Shown: in pieces, positions 45,988-59,607 of the stretch
Numbering within the stretch: the first letter of the stretch is position 1
How the letters are laid out: each line of letters begins with the position of its first letter
NCBI GenBank assembly: GCA_000320545.1
Contig: ADNK01000313.1
Coordinates: forward strand, 1-64,000
DNA from: Bigelowiella natans CCMP2755
Taxonomy: Eukaryota > Protista > Cercozoa
Length of the DNA stretch: 64,000 bases
Direction of reading: 5' to 3'
The notes under the pieces: generated by a model
Told to the model about the DNA's origin: nothing
What the model saw: the letters and a program-made list of their open reading frames with translations, nothing else
The model's database searches: none
Program-made: the position numbers and the translations under genes

Positions 45988-48153
45988 CTTGAAACCGAGT
46001 ACGTTCAGTCGCATCCTCTTGCACAAACACGGACAAAGAAATTGGGGATCTGCAACTACTATTTCGGCCTCACTTTTTGCAAGTATTACTATGCTTCTTC
46101 GCTGCTACTCGTGCCCCCCCTCCCCCTCATATCATCATCATCATCCTATCCTACTACTACTGCTGCTACTACTGCTATTACTACCAAGATTTGGGTTTAA
46201 TTCGAAGCGTTAAACGAACTCACTTGCATTTGCATCGTCGTATTTACAATTTTATTGCTCCCTGCTGTCTTCTTTCTTATCTCTAAATGATGCGTGGATG
46301 TATATGTGTATGTTGTTGTTGTTGTTGTTGTTTAGCATGATAAAATGCGATTCAGGGCACTTGTCAGAGTCTGGAGGTAGTAGGAATGTAGGCTATTTGG
46401 TAGCACCTGGTGAAGAATATAATCATCGGTTTCAGAGTAAAGAAAGAGATGACAATAAAGAGGAATAATGATGATGATGTATAAGGGTGTGTGTGTGTGT
46501 GTTTCTTTCTTTCTTCTTCTGGCCATAGCCATATTTGTTGTTCACTGTAAGCAAGTAAGTAATATTGGTCTCATTCATTCTTTTTGCAAATCACGTAGTC
46601 ATATGATGATGGTTTTTTTTGTTGGTGGTGGTTTGATCCTTTTTTTGCATCAAATCCCATGATTCTTCCCTCATTGATTATCATTATCACTGTTTTGTTG
46701 GTAGGTGACCTGAATCTCGTGTTAAGTTTAGTCATCAAATCATCCAATACTGGCAGCATTGGTGCTTCTAAGAATAACAGCGGTATTGCCTCTGTGTACC
46801 CATCATTATTATCATCATTGGTGGTCATCATCATCATTATATTATTGCAGCAAATATGCAGATATTATGGTATATATACATCTTCATCACGGTCAAGTGC
46901 GCTCTTATTTTTCTTTATGTGTCATTTTACGATGAGTCTGCAACACGCACACACACTCACACACACATGCATTTTATGATGACTCTGCAACACGCACACA
47001 CACATGCACACACACACATGCATTTTATGAGGAGTCTGCAACACGCACACACACGCACACACACTCACACACACACATGCATTTTATGATGAGTCTGCAA
47101 CACGCACACACACTCACACACACATGCACACACACACGCACACCATAACTGATAACAAATAGGAATGGGAGGAGGAGGAGGAGGAGGAGGAGGAGGAAGA
47201 CGCCGAAAACGTGCACGGAGATTACATGGAAGCAGTGGTGCAAATGAGCGATTCTCTCTGGAAGAATGTCTCGAGGCGAATTTAAGAGCTATTTCCGAAT
47301 TGAACGGAACGAATAAGTTGTTGTAGAAGCTAATGTTGCTTCATCACTGACAATCACTGTGTTTATGATGATGATGATAGTTTTGTCTTCTTCGGTAACA
47401 AAATACGAACATCGAGTGTCTTTTTTCTCTTTCTCCTGATAGTAATATTATTAATAATAATAATAATAATAATAATAACTTGTTCGTTTAGGTATCGATG
47501 CGAAAAGTGCAAAGATCGAGTTAATGCGACCTCTCAATCTGGACTCAAAACACTTCCGAAGCAAGTTGCTGATTAGATTTGTGTTCTTCCTCTTCTTCCT
47601 GCCACGACGACTACTACTATTGCTGCTGCTGCTGCTACTACTATTGCATCTCACTGCAAACTAGTGATACTACTACTCCATCATCCTTGATTCATTTTAC
47701 TCAGTGTTTAATTATTCACCTGGTGAGGGGGGAAATCTCTCCCACATCCTTCAAGCTATTCAAAAATCAGGTAATGAGTTCTTGTAAAAACATCAACATC
47801 ACACTACTTACTAGTAGAAGTAGTATTATAAAGCAAAAGAATGTGTTCGTAGAACATCTGTACCCCTCCTTCCTATAATAACCATAATATCCCGTTGTCT
47901 GCCTTTTTCATCATGAGCATCATCATTATCATTATCATTATCAGGCACATGTATCGTTTCCATTAGAGGGCTTGGATATGACAAAGTACTACTAGTAGTA
48001 GTAGTAGTAGTAGTAATAATAGATTGCTATTCTTGCACCACCACCACCACCATCACCACCATCTATCACCATCATCAATCAGCAGGGTTGGAGGAGGAGG
48101 AGGAGGAGGAGGAGGAGGGGGGGGGGGCACCATCAAACTACATCATATGCTGC

Positions 48154-48192
<39 letters not shown>

Positions 48193-49404
48193 TAGTATCT
48201 ACGGTGTGTGTCATCTATGAATGCGTATGGACGTGCATTAATAATACACAGTTGGTTGTTTTTCTCCTCCTCCTTTCGTTGTTAGTTATCATCAGTTGAA
48301 TGATGATTATGGTGATGACAGATAATAACATATGAACACAACCAAAACATAATTAGTTATCTCCACGAAGACGAAGATCATCTGCATAAGAAGAAGAAGA
48401 AAGAAGCATTAATGCGACAACAACATGGTAGTAACAGTAATGCCAATAACAACGTACGTAGTAGTAGCAGTGAGACCAATGACAACAACGACGATGTCGG
48501 TGGTGGTGGTGGTGGTGGTAGTAGAAAATTCATGATGGAATCACATACGGCATCCATAAGCAACACACTTACAAATACATAAAACCCACGCACAAACACC
48601 TCATAATATGTACTAAGTTAGATATGAATTGTAATCATTCAAGCTCTCTATTCTCTCCCAATCTCTCATCCTTTTGCTTTTCTTTCCGCTCCTTTTTTTT
48701 TTAGTCCCAAATCTACAACAACACGAGCAACAGCCCCTGGAAATGGAGGGGGGGGAAGATGATGAAGAAGAAGATGAAGAGAGGACGGAAGTAAGTTGTA
48801 GTAGTAGTAGTAAGAGGTGGCAACGAATAATAGTGTTAAACGTCGTCGTTTTGCTCTAGCCCAGGCAGCACCGCCTATACTACATTAGACGTGTGACGCA
48901 TTCATTGTTCTTGTTTCGAATCATCATCAAGCAAGCAATCAATGAATCAATGAATGATTGTAATTAGAAGTTCATCTACGACCTCACTGGAGTTGTCAAT
49001 CATCATGGGAGAGGACTCAATCAGGTAGAATTATCATTTCAACGATGATGGTGATGGTGATGATGATGATGATGATGATGATGATTCTACAGATATGCAT
49101 GCATGCAATTTAACATCTAACATTTCATGGCCAGTAAACACAGTATTGCTAATAATAATGATATTATTATTATTATAATTTTGATCATCATCTATCTTTT
49201 GGTGGTATGAAATTGATCATCATCTATCTTTTTGTGGTATGATATCGATCATTATTCCTCAGGGTCATTTCACCTCTTACGGCTACAACGAACAGCAAGG
49301 TAGATTCTTTGTAACTTATCCATTTAACCATGTATTGATTTGAGGAGGACTTCTAGGATGCAGGGACGAAACCATCATATGATATCCCCCCCATCCCCTC
49401 TCCC

Positions 49405-49447
<43 letters not shown>

Positions 49448-49724
49448 TGTGTGTGTGCGTGTTTGGGGGTGCTATGCTATCGGATCTTAAAAGTGGATGT
49501 ACAAGAGATAATGATGCAATATATACTATTCGATTAAGTGGATGTACAAGAGATAATGATGCAATATATACTATTCGATTTTTCCACTATCTCTCATCTT
49601 CTATGACCATCTCTCATCTGTGGTCATTATCATCACCATCTCTCATCATCTCTAATCTATCATCAGAGACATGGTTTTGCTTTAATGATAGAAAGGTAGT
49701 AGGAGGAGGAGGAAGAAGAGGGGG

Positions 49725-49761
<37 letters not shown>

Positions 49762-50248
49762 GGAAGCTGCTGCTACAAGCAGCATTAAAGCAGCAGTAAT
49801 TTGATAAGATTTAAATTCTGCTACAAATTTAAGCAACAAGTAGCATTTAATAATTTGATAAAATTAAAGTATCTGTTTATATTAAATCGTCGTCGTTTTT
49901 GCTTCTTCTTCTTCTTCTTCTTCTTCTTCTTCTTCTTGTTCTATCATGTCATCAGGTGACCGTTGCTTCAGCTGAGGAGGTAGACAAATCGCTACTTTTG
50001 CTGCTGATTCTGCTGCTGCCCCAACTGATAATGAACACAGATGAGGAGAGAGAGAAAAACTATTCATCGCCAAATACAGGAAGCAATTCATAATTCGGTC
50101 GTTGTTATGTGCTGCAGGAGGACAATGACGACGGTGAAGATAGTATAGATGATGATAAGATATCATTTATTTTCAGGTTTCAAGATCGCAAGCTTATTTG
50201 CTAATATATGAACGACGCTGGAGCAAAATAAAACAGCTTGGTATTTAA
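39203..50248 (+). CDS. Ubiquitin-specific protease (peptidase C19) with an N-terminal zf-UBP-like finger; many tiny exons, 5' end uncertain
   Basis: KWVCSKC...RICLQ|TGKCFC (zf-UBP). Cys box GLRNLGNTCYMNAVIQ|ALS (43716-43767), FRGFKQQDAQEFL, YRCEKCK...LP, CLIIHL, VSFPLEGLDM. His box YDLTGVVNHHGRGLNQ|GHFTSY|...WFCFND|...AYLLIYERR, stop at 50248. Confidence 0.9.
42681..42927. repeat. Intronic minisatellite, 4 x ~60 bp
   Basis: Unit tactgttgcaacaa(caa)tagcaatacttacttactttctactacctatactactaccgatga repeated head-to-tail. Confidence 0.95.
46920..47143. repeat. Intronic minisatellite, 4 x ~50-60 bp
   Basis: Unit cattttatgatgagtctgcaacacgcacacacactcacacacacatg with a variable CA tract. Confidence 0.9.
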
Positions 50249-50371
50249 CGAAACAGCATTCTTCTTAATAGTCATTTATATTACCAAGTGAGAGAGAGAC
50301 GGACAGTTCTTCCAAAATTCTATAAAATTCATGCACGTGCGTGCGCGCGCGCACACACACACAATTATATA

Positions 50372-50411
<40 letters not shown>

Positions 50412-50889
50412 CAATGTTTAACATCTTCACAGTTCCCGAAATGTTGAATTATGTAGGTGGTGGTCGTTGCGAAGCTAGTCTTATCGAGCAACTTGAGGCA
50501 GCTTCAGAATAATTAATCAATCGATGGAATACAAAGATTATAAGACGTAATCTATCTGAACGCGTATATTAGAGTAAATGTCGAGCTAGTGGAGTTGTTA
50601 TCAATACACTCGGTTGATTCCCCACCTTTCTTTCCGCATGTCCGTCAAATTTTGATTCGTTCACACGCACGCAAATATTACACATATTATGTACATGTAC
50701 ATCTATATATGTGTATTTACTAAATATGTCACTATTTTGTAGCTATCAATTTATATACACATCGAAATCCCCATGCTGTCATCAGACACATGCGTACAGA
50801 GTTCATTAGGGTTAATTTTATTCCAAAATTTGAAAATTACATCGTTTCAAAATGACCTGAAACACTTTCTAGCGCTCCATATTGTTAGA

Positions 50890-51850
50890 GATCAACATCA
50901 GAACGCTGCGGAAACACAACAGACACAATGCGCACATAGCTAGAGAGCGACACAAATGTGATGCACACATCGCATCCGGACATCATGTGCATGCAGCCAA
51001 ACGCACAAGTGCAATACTTTTTGTCCGCAAGGTTGGATCACCAATGCGCATGGCATCTGCACGTCTCGTTTTTAATTGTATACGACATGCTAGCATGACT
51101 TGATCATTATGTGATAAATAGGCCTAGAGGCGTATGACTGATTTTTGGTCTTGCATCGTCAACTGAGATCATTAATCATTCGAAAAATCACATGACAACA
51201 CGGTAGCAGCGCGGGCTGACATTCATCACATGCACATGAACGGCTAACAACTCTAGCTGGAACTAGATCATTTCGATCATGCATTGCATTCGTGCTGACA
51301 GTGTTCATCGAACAAACAATGTCATGCTAGCATACGGCAGCATGCATCGTCATTGCGAGTGACAGACATGCAACTCCCAGCATGCAGCGCTGGAGATGTC
51401 ATTCATGTTCGACCGCGAAGCCAGAGGCGCGCCATGCGCACATGTCGTCAGCGCAGTTGCATGCATCGCATGTAGGTCTGTGCATGGTGCACAAGCAAAT
51501 GTGCAATGATTGTCCACATGATGCTAGTGATGCCTGCCACCTTATTGGATCCATGTTCACAGCAGGCGCGCAGGTCACAGATTCTGGCTTTTATTTGATC
51601 GCTGATCGACGGTTGTGGTGTACGGTGCACTACGCACCATGCACTGTGACCATCTATGGGCACCGAACAAATTTAATTGCATGCGCGCACACATGTACAC
51701 ATGTACGTGTACCTACGATGCTGATGTGGCAACATGTATCGTACTATGAACTAGCTTGCCTCATTTCTTGACGGGCTCATGCACACACGTACACCATTCT
51801 AACTTGTTTATTATGTTGTGCACACATTTGACGCCGCTGATGTGGTCACA
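50890..51850. other. Partially TpA-depleted, CTAG-enriched intergenic domain
   Basis: Rich in TGCA/CATG with several CTAG and few other TA in 51180-51540, unlike the TA-rich flanks. Confidence 0.65.
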
Positions 51851-51985
51851 GTAGGTGCAATGTGTGAATTAAATCATCTATGGGGATGCAAGATCCACAC
51901 AAGAGAGTTGTAAAGAGTAGGCACGAAACAAAATTACGAACGTGTGCATGCACATAACAGCGTACACACACAATCATACACAATA

Positions 51986-52027
<42 letters not shown>

Positions 52028-52094
52028 ACATCATGTATGCGTAAGTAGTGTCACCGACACCTTGTACACAACTAGGTTCTAGAATCAGGCAAAA

Positions 52095-52173
52095 TCATAC
52101 TTCAAATAATGGGAATCCTGACTTTGCCCAGTTTGAGAGATCTGCTAAGAAGGCAGCTACACCTAATATTCAT

Positions 52174-52210
<37 letters not shown>

Positions 52211-53704
52211 GTGTGTGTGTGTGTGTGTGTGTGTGCATATTACACATGTATAGATTTTGGTCTAATCATTTAACACGAATGGATAATAAATATATCATGT
52301 ATAATTGATAACCCGATAATCCCTCAAATAAGCTCAATGGCCAGTCAGCCTTAGTCATCAAGGTGAATCCTAATAGCGATCGATACAATGAGCAATCAGT
52401 ATATGAATGGACTGAGGCGATGAAAGAGCAAAAACATCTTTAGATATCCAAATTTCCATGGAACATATGTTGTAGCATTCCTACAATACCTGAAACGTGT
52501 CCATATCCTGCTGTTGCTGCTGCTTCTGATACATAAATTTGTTCTTCTTGAACATTGCAAGGTTTTTGCCACTAAATTCTACACGGGGAAGGGGCAGCGA
52601 TGCATTGAACCTGTTGTCATAATGCAAATCTTTCTGTAACTCGATGGTTTGATTCTGGTCAATGCAGGTATCATCGCTTTCTTGGTTGTCTCTTTCCCTT
52701 TCCGTGAATGCGTGCGTACGTATATGTTGTACTAACTTGAGATATGCTGTCATTCGGATACGTCTTCTTGCATCACTGAACATTGGCTCGGGGTAAACTC
52801 CCGCTTTCAAATATGCTTTAAAAATAGTAACGATTGTATTAGTGAAGAATGCAAATAAAATTGGAAATTCATTCTTAAAATGAACAATAAATTATGTTTC
52901 TACAACCCTCATCTTTAGTCTTTTGATCATATAATATATATGTGTATTATAATGTGTGTGTGCGTGTGGTTTTGAAAATATGATATAATATTTGTCAGCC
53001 TGTGTGTCTGTGTGTGTGTGTGTGCGTGCGTGTGTGTGTGTGTGTGTGTGTGTACAGATACAATTAACTCACTGTGCGAATTCTTATTCATTTGTTGGTA
53101 TCGCTTCCAATAACGACAAACCTTGGTTTAGGTCTTCAAGCGTTTTATTTTTGGCTAGTTCCAAAAAAAGAGCCATTGTTGCATTCTCCCTTAAAATTGC
53201 CTGGAAGATAGCCTCTTCTTCAGTCTCAGGGATTGGCGTCATTTCCTCCTTAAGTTATTGATACAGATTTACTCGAATGTTGTGTCTTAGTAGTGAATAA
53301 TACCCCCAATATTACGTAGCGCATTGATACGTGTAACCATGATAGTTACGAGTAGTTCTGTGGGTGTATTATCCTCAATTACTAAAATTTGAACGCAAGA
53401 ATTGCTTCTATTTCGAGTTTTTGTTTACGACTATTAGACTAGGCTAGTGGGTCACAACCGCGCCAAACTTCCATCTACTTTGCAATGGAAATTTTACAAT
53501 CAACTCAAGCAGCTATTGAGCTGTTGTAAGTCGTCTCTCTTTAAAAAAAACAGTATTTTATTTAAAGTCCCTAGAGACAGCCCAATCTAATGACCATATA
53601 TATATCACTTCCCTTAATGCAGGGGAAGCATTAAGGGAAGTATAAAATTACGACCTGCTCCATTTCTTGCCCATCAAGTTTCTCGGAGCTTCTTATACTC
53701 TAAG

Positions 53705-53738
<34 letters not shown>

Positions 53739-54268
53739 CATAGACAGAGAGAGAAAGAGAGGGGGGGGGGAAGGGAGATAGAAGAGCACGTGCAAAGAGT
53801 TAGTGTAATGTTGACTCGTAAAGTCCTTCATCAATCTTAATTAAATTCTTCATATTTTATCATTATCAAAAATTCAGATTCTTGTTGTTACAAATTAACA
53901 AGAGATGATTGCTAGAACTTGGCTCTCTTTAATGCTAGAATTCTAATTCATGTTTCTATCACCTTATAAGCCTCGCCATACTCTTTGAGCTCGTACTATT
54001 ACAACACATGCAATATTCAAAAGAGAGACCTTTCCTGAACACTGCCATCATGCAACTAAGGATTTATTACAAGTCCTCCTCCTCAAAGCTCAATTTCATA
54101 TACTTTGACAAGGCATTCATAACCATAAGTGGAACACATATGGGCGACAAGGATGACCTTTGTCAAATTCTTCAAATCTCGTGCAGCTTCCTCAGTGTAA
54201 GGACCCATAACTTGAAGTGAAGATAGCGACTGATGATAGATATCGTCGAATAATGATTATTTTGACAT

Positions 54269-54319
<51 letters not shown>

Positions 54320-54345
54320 TATTGTGTGTGCCTCCTCCTTGTAAT

Positions 54346-54382
<37 letters not shown>

Positions 54383-56117
54383 ATATATATTCCTCAACTT
54401 TACCCTACATTTACTATATTATAAATATATAATATGTGTGTGTGTGTGTGTGTGTGTGTGTATCACATTATCTGAAGTATGCTGCTGCAGTTTCTGCTGC
54501 TGCAACGATGATTCACTTAAATTGTATGTATTGTTCGTCTCAGTGAAGAGGACTTGGTCTCCCTATGCATCACGTACGTCAGTGTATAAGCGTAAACAGT
54601 TGTAAAGAGGCGTAATAGAAATGATCAACAAGGTTTGTGTTGGCAATTAAGAAGTGATCCACCACCGTTTCATCAATTAAACTATGGTAAATAAATAGAA
54701 TTTTCACTTCACAGTTTGTTCGCATTGCCACTGCAAGACTGGCAAACCTTGCCTTGCAGCATTGCCATTTACAAAAATAATACGAAACACAACCACTTGT
54801 GTCTTTAGGACGGAATTCATTGTTCAAAGAGAAAAATAAATATCTCTTACGTCTATAAGACTTCTCATTATCAACATCCTCCTCCTCCTTATTAAAAATA
54901 TTACTCGAATTTCCATTATGCCACATTTTCTGTAAGGTCCAATCCAGTAGGTTACGCCATCCTTTTTTATATCGATCAATGCAATATTTTGATTGTTAGT
55001 ATTTAAATGTTTTTTAATGTGCAAATATAGACTATATTTTGTCGATTTCCTAATTTATTGGTAAAATTTTCTTCGAAAATGCTCACTTTCCCGACAGCCT
55101 CAACTACAATAGTATACTGCATATCGCAGAATAGCTTTTACTGCTCAGATCCATTAACTACTTGCCATTCTTTCTAAGAAAGCTTCTAAACTACCTCTGT
55201 GAAATATGAGCGAGATATATTCGCAGGAGTGCCAGTATGATTTTTCCGCATGATAGTGAGACTGTTGTAATTTATGGTGATTTAATGGAGCTATCAATAT
55301 TCTATTAGGTACTAGCAAGCAGCAGCAAAAATGAAAAGTATTAGTCATAGTGATATTATTATTATTATTATTATTAGTAGTAGTAGTAGTAGCGGTAATA
55401 TTGATAACCGAAGGTTTTTCAGGAGAGACAAATAAAGAAAAGACGAAAAGATAATCAAACTAATTTATGACAAATTCTTCCTCGATAATCATATAACTAT
55501 CGTGAAGCTATCTTCACGTTATTTGATAACATGACCAAAATTCGACTCCAACCCCGTGTAGATACACACAATAACACCAAATCAAATTGCAAACTTTCTC
55601 TCTTCCTCTCTTTCCTCTTGCAAATTAATTTGATAATTACTGTTTGTAGTTAATACTATTTTACTTCATAACTTTAGTATCTTACTGTTTAAGAACATCC
55701 GGCTCAAAATCTCCAAGTGGCGTGCTTTCATTTGGCCTGAATTCTGCGATAGTCCTTTTCTGCTGTGCTGTATTAAGTGAAGACCTGCCGTGATTAATGG
55801 CGTGTAAGGCGGAGGTTCTTCCACATTTTATTTGTTTTCCTCTTTTGATTCGTATCATTGATGGCAAGCAGGCGCAATGAGAGAATACGATATGTAATCT
55901 TGATATTATATTATTTTCTTGTGAATACAGTGTAAAATTCATCCATGTTTTATGCCTCAACATAATCGTCAACAAACACAAATGTATTATGTGTGAAAGT
56001 GCAGTCTGTACTCTGGCATTAGCATAGTCCTCATTTCAGTCGAAATTCCCTTATCCTTTTGCGCGTAGTAGCTGTACTGACGATTTAAAAGTACCTGCTC
56101 CGGTTTTGTCTATTTTT

Positions 56118-56150
<33 letters not shown>

Positions 56151-56159
56151 TCATAAGTG

Positions 56160-56220
<61 letters not shown>

Positions 56221-56227
56221 GCACATA

Positions 56228-56266
<39 letters not shown>

Positions 56267-58243
56267 CATCCACAACACAATCGCTTTCATGTGTTGGCCA
56301 TGCTACATTAGCGACAATAGAATAAAACAGTAGCAGCAAGAGCAGCATCCAATGCAGCATAATCTACGTCAAGATATTTCCTCTCGGCGAGGACATTCTC
56401 CCACCATTCCTATGGGTAAAACGAGAATGCAGCAGGTGGAAACAAATAAGATTTAATTAACTTTCAGCCTGACAAATATGTGTCGACTTACTCCATAACT
56501 GTCTTGTCAATTTTAATTACACATAATTACAAAATTCTACGTAATTGCTATTATCATCATCATCATCATCATCATGATCAATCAACCATCATCTCCATGA
56601 TTTATATATGTATATAATTATTCTTGTCAGCATGTATTATGTTGTTTGTACCTTGGAGAAATTGAACGATGGAGACTGTGATGAGCCTATTCCCACCCCT
56701 GTTATTTCTTCCATGGGACTAGTTGTTCCACAGAGGAACAACGCAAACGCTCCAGCTCGCCCTTTCACAATTTTGTGTTAATGTCTTGATAATTATGAAA
56801 ATTTGTTCCTAACCACACCATCTTTTTCCTTCTTCCTACTATCGATATTTTGTACAAAAATCTTATTCCGTAAGTTATTGCTACTCCCACTCTCCTCTTT
56901 TAATTTCTCCTTTTTCTGTTCTGTCGCTTATACCGAGCCAGCGACATTGTTCGATTCCCTTAGTAACTCTTGCCATGCTTAAGAATGCATACCTATGTTT
57001 TTTCAATCAATGTTTTGAACAAACTAATTCAATGTAAAGTAACTACTTTGTTCGATATATAAGTAAAAACGTCGTAATTTTAGGCGAGAATCAAAAAGCG
57101 ATTTTAACGAATAGCACGTTTTATTTGACCCATTCCCTGCCACCCCATGACAAAGGCCTGCAAAATCAACATCATCACCGAGCAGAAACACAAGAACAAG
57201 TGAGAATAAGTAAAACTTTTTTGTCATTGTTTATGAAAATGGAGCAGTGACTTTAAGGAATATGGGATAACTTTGTCACAAGATGACACAGTCATTTTTA
57301 TACGTGCAATTTCATTGTGTTGATTACCTGCTGATTTCTTCACTAAGCCCTTGTGCCATATCTTTAGTGTGTGGAAATTAACAATTACAGCATACAACAC
57401 GTAGTTTCCCAATCAATGACGTATTGCACACGTTCAGGCTACATCTAGTGTTCATATGCCTTGTTCCTCAAAGACATGTGAATATCATAGTATTTTTCTT
57501 CACCATATTTGCAGTTCTCCTAGCTTCGTTGAGGAAAGCCTTCTTTTTTCCAAACACAGAGTAAGCTTTACAAAACAGCATCACCAAACCTGCAGCGAAC
57601 AAGCAAGCCAATCAGACAACCGCAATGAATAACGACAATCACTAGTTGTAACAATTGTTTTAAGTCTTTTTATGGCATTGTTTATTTATTTAATTAAAAT
57701 AAAATCTACAAACTAAACAGAAACGATATAATGACATACTAGTTGCCCCATGAGCCCATTGTACATCATCATCTAGCTTCTCGGTCGAAGCAGTCCCGTC
57801 ATCAGAAACTCGTAGGAGTGAGAGGAAGTCGTATTTTTCTTTGCCTGGCCCTCCTCCCCTGAAGGATTATTATTTTTATAACAACGAAGTTCTTTTTGCT
57901 CTGTGACCATATTTTGTGTTGTAGTATTGCTCATGATTTGGGTGTTGAATAGGTTGTAAGACGTGTACCTAGAGGGTGACAATTTTAAGATCGCATTCAA
58001 GGACTCATGAATGAATTGCTGATATCAGAGGAAGACAACAGGGGGTGAATATTATCTATCATTTTCTCTAAATATAATTACAGAATAACGGAAGAACAAA
58101 TATCTCATCCCAGTATAATAGTTGCAGATGAATCAATTTTATGTTTCATTGGACTTCAGTTAAAATCTCAACCATCTTTTCCACCTCCATCCCCCTCCCC
58201 CACGCCCTTGTTTGATCGATCGTCTTATTTCCTGAAAATATAA

Positions 58244-58275
<32 letters not shown>

Positions 58276-59406
58276 CGGTGGCTTCTGTGCACTCATTGAG
58301 GATACCGGTCGGACATGATAATAGAGACATCAGCACTCCTGCAACAAACAACAGAAAATCAACAATTATGATGATGGTCATGGCGATGATTTGAAGATGA
58401 TGCTCATGATGAATAAAATATAAGTGCATGCAACAGAAAGAGGTACGCACCTATTAGTCCATGGGCAGCACCCAAATATACGGAATCTTCAATACCGTAC
58501 ATTAAGGGCAAGTCCTGCGTTTGTTATTATACAAGGAGAACGTATGATGTGTCTCAATAAATGCATGTAGCATTCATTATAATATTACTCGGGCACCAAA
58601 AATCCGCTAAGTAGCTAGCACCTTCTACCTCTATTTGCATTTTTTCTTCCTGCATATTTGTGTCCTGATAAAAAGAAGTTTCAAATATAATATGATACAT
58701 ACTCAAAGAACTCAATATACTTTATAAATGTACATGTAGAATGCCTCCCATATGTATTAGTAGGCCCATGTACCATTGAACCAACAACGATGATAATAAG
58801 AAAAGTATTATTGTATGTATGTTATTCTTTTCTTGTTCTCGTTCTTCTTGTTCTTCTTCCTCTTCTGGTCTCTTTCTCTTTTTTCGTGGTCATGATTCTA
58901 CTTGTACCTGATGATTCCCCATATTTTTTATTCTGTTCTTCACTGTTCTAACACGTGCCCTTCCCTGAGAAATAAAAGGTGATGATCATGATGTTGTATT
59001 AAGTAAAATGTGCAGAGTGTGATGGATGGGTCTGAAGATAAAGTAGTGAGATGATGGATACATCTTAAAACTTTCTTGTTGCTACTAGAATACTTTTACA
59101 ACAATCCATAAACAAATCAATAGTGTTTGTTATTTTGCTATCGTACGATGTTGATTGGTAATGTATGATTCCTACTGTTGCTAGAAGGTATATTATCAGT
59201 AGTAGAGACAGTAAATTGTTGTTGTTATGATCATCATGCCAGAAGAAGTCAGATTATGAAAAGGACGGACCTCTTCAACGAGTCTCCGAATTAGCAACTC
59301 GATCTATGTTGTAGTAGCGGTATACAACATGAATTATTATCACATCAGCGTGTACATACAATCCAATCAACCCAAAAAATTTGTTTGCTGTCGGTTGGTT
59401 GATTAG

Positions 59407-59453
<47 letters not shown>

Positions 59454-59525
59454 GCCAAAAAACAGTATTTTGTGTTCCACATTCTCTCCCTCTCTCTCCT
59501 CTCCTGGACACGCTCCCGTTTTTAC

Positions 59526-59572
<47 letters not shown>

Positions 59573-59573
59573 T

Positions 59574-59607
<34 letters not shown>

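Noticed and set aside
52481-55981. A separate hypothetical gene downstream of LANCL
   Set aside because: Its last exons encode the missing LanC C-terminus, so it is provisionally treated as part of the LanC-like gene.
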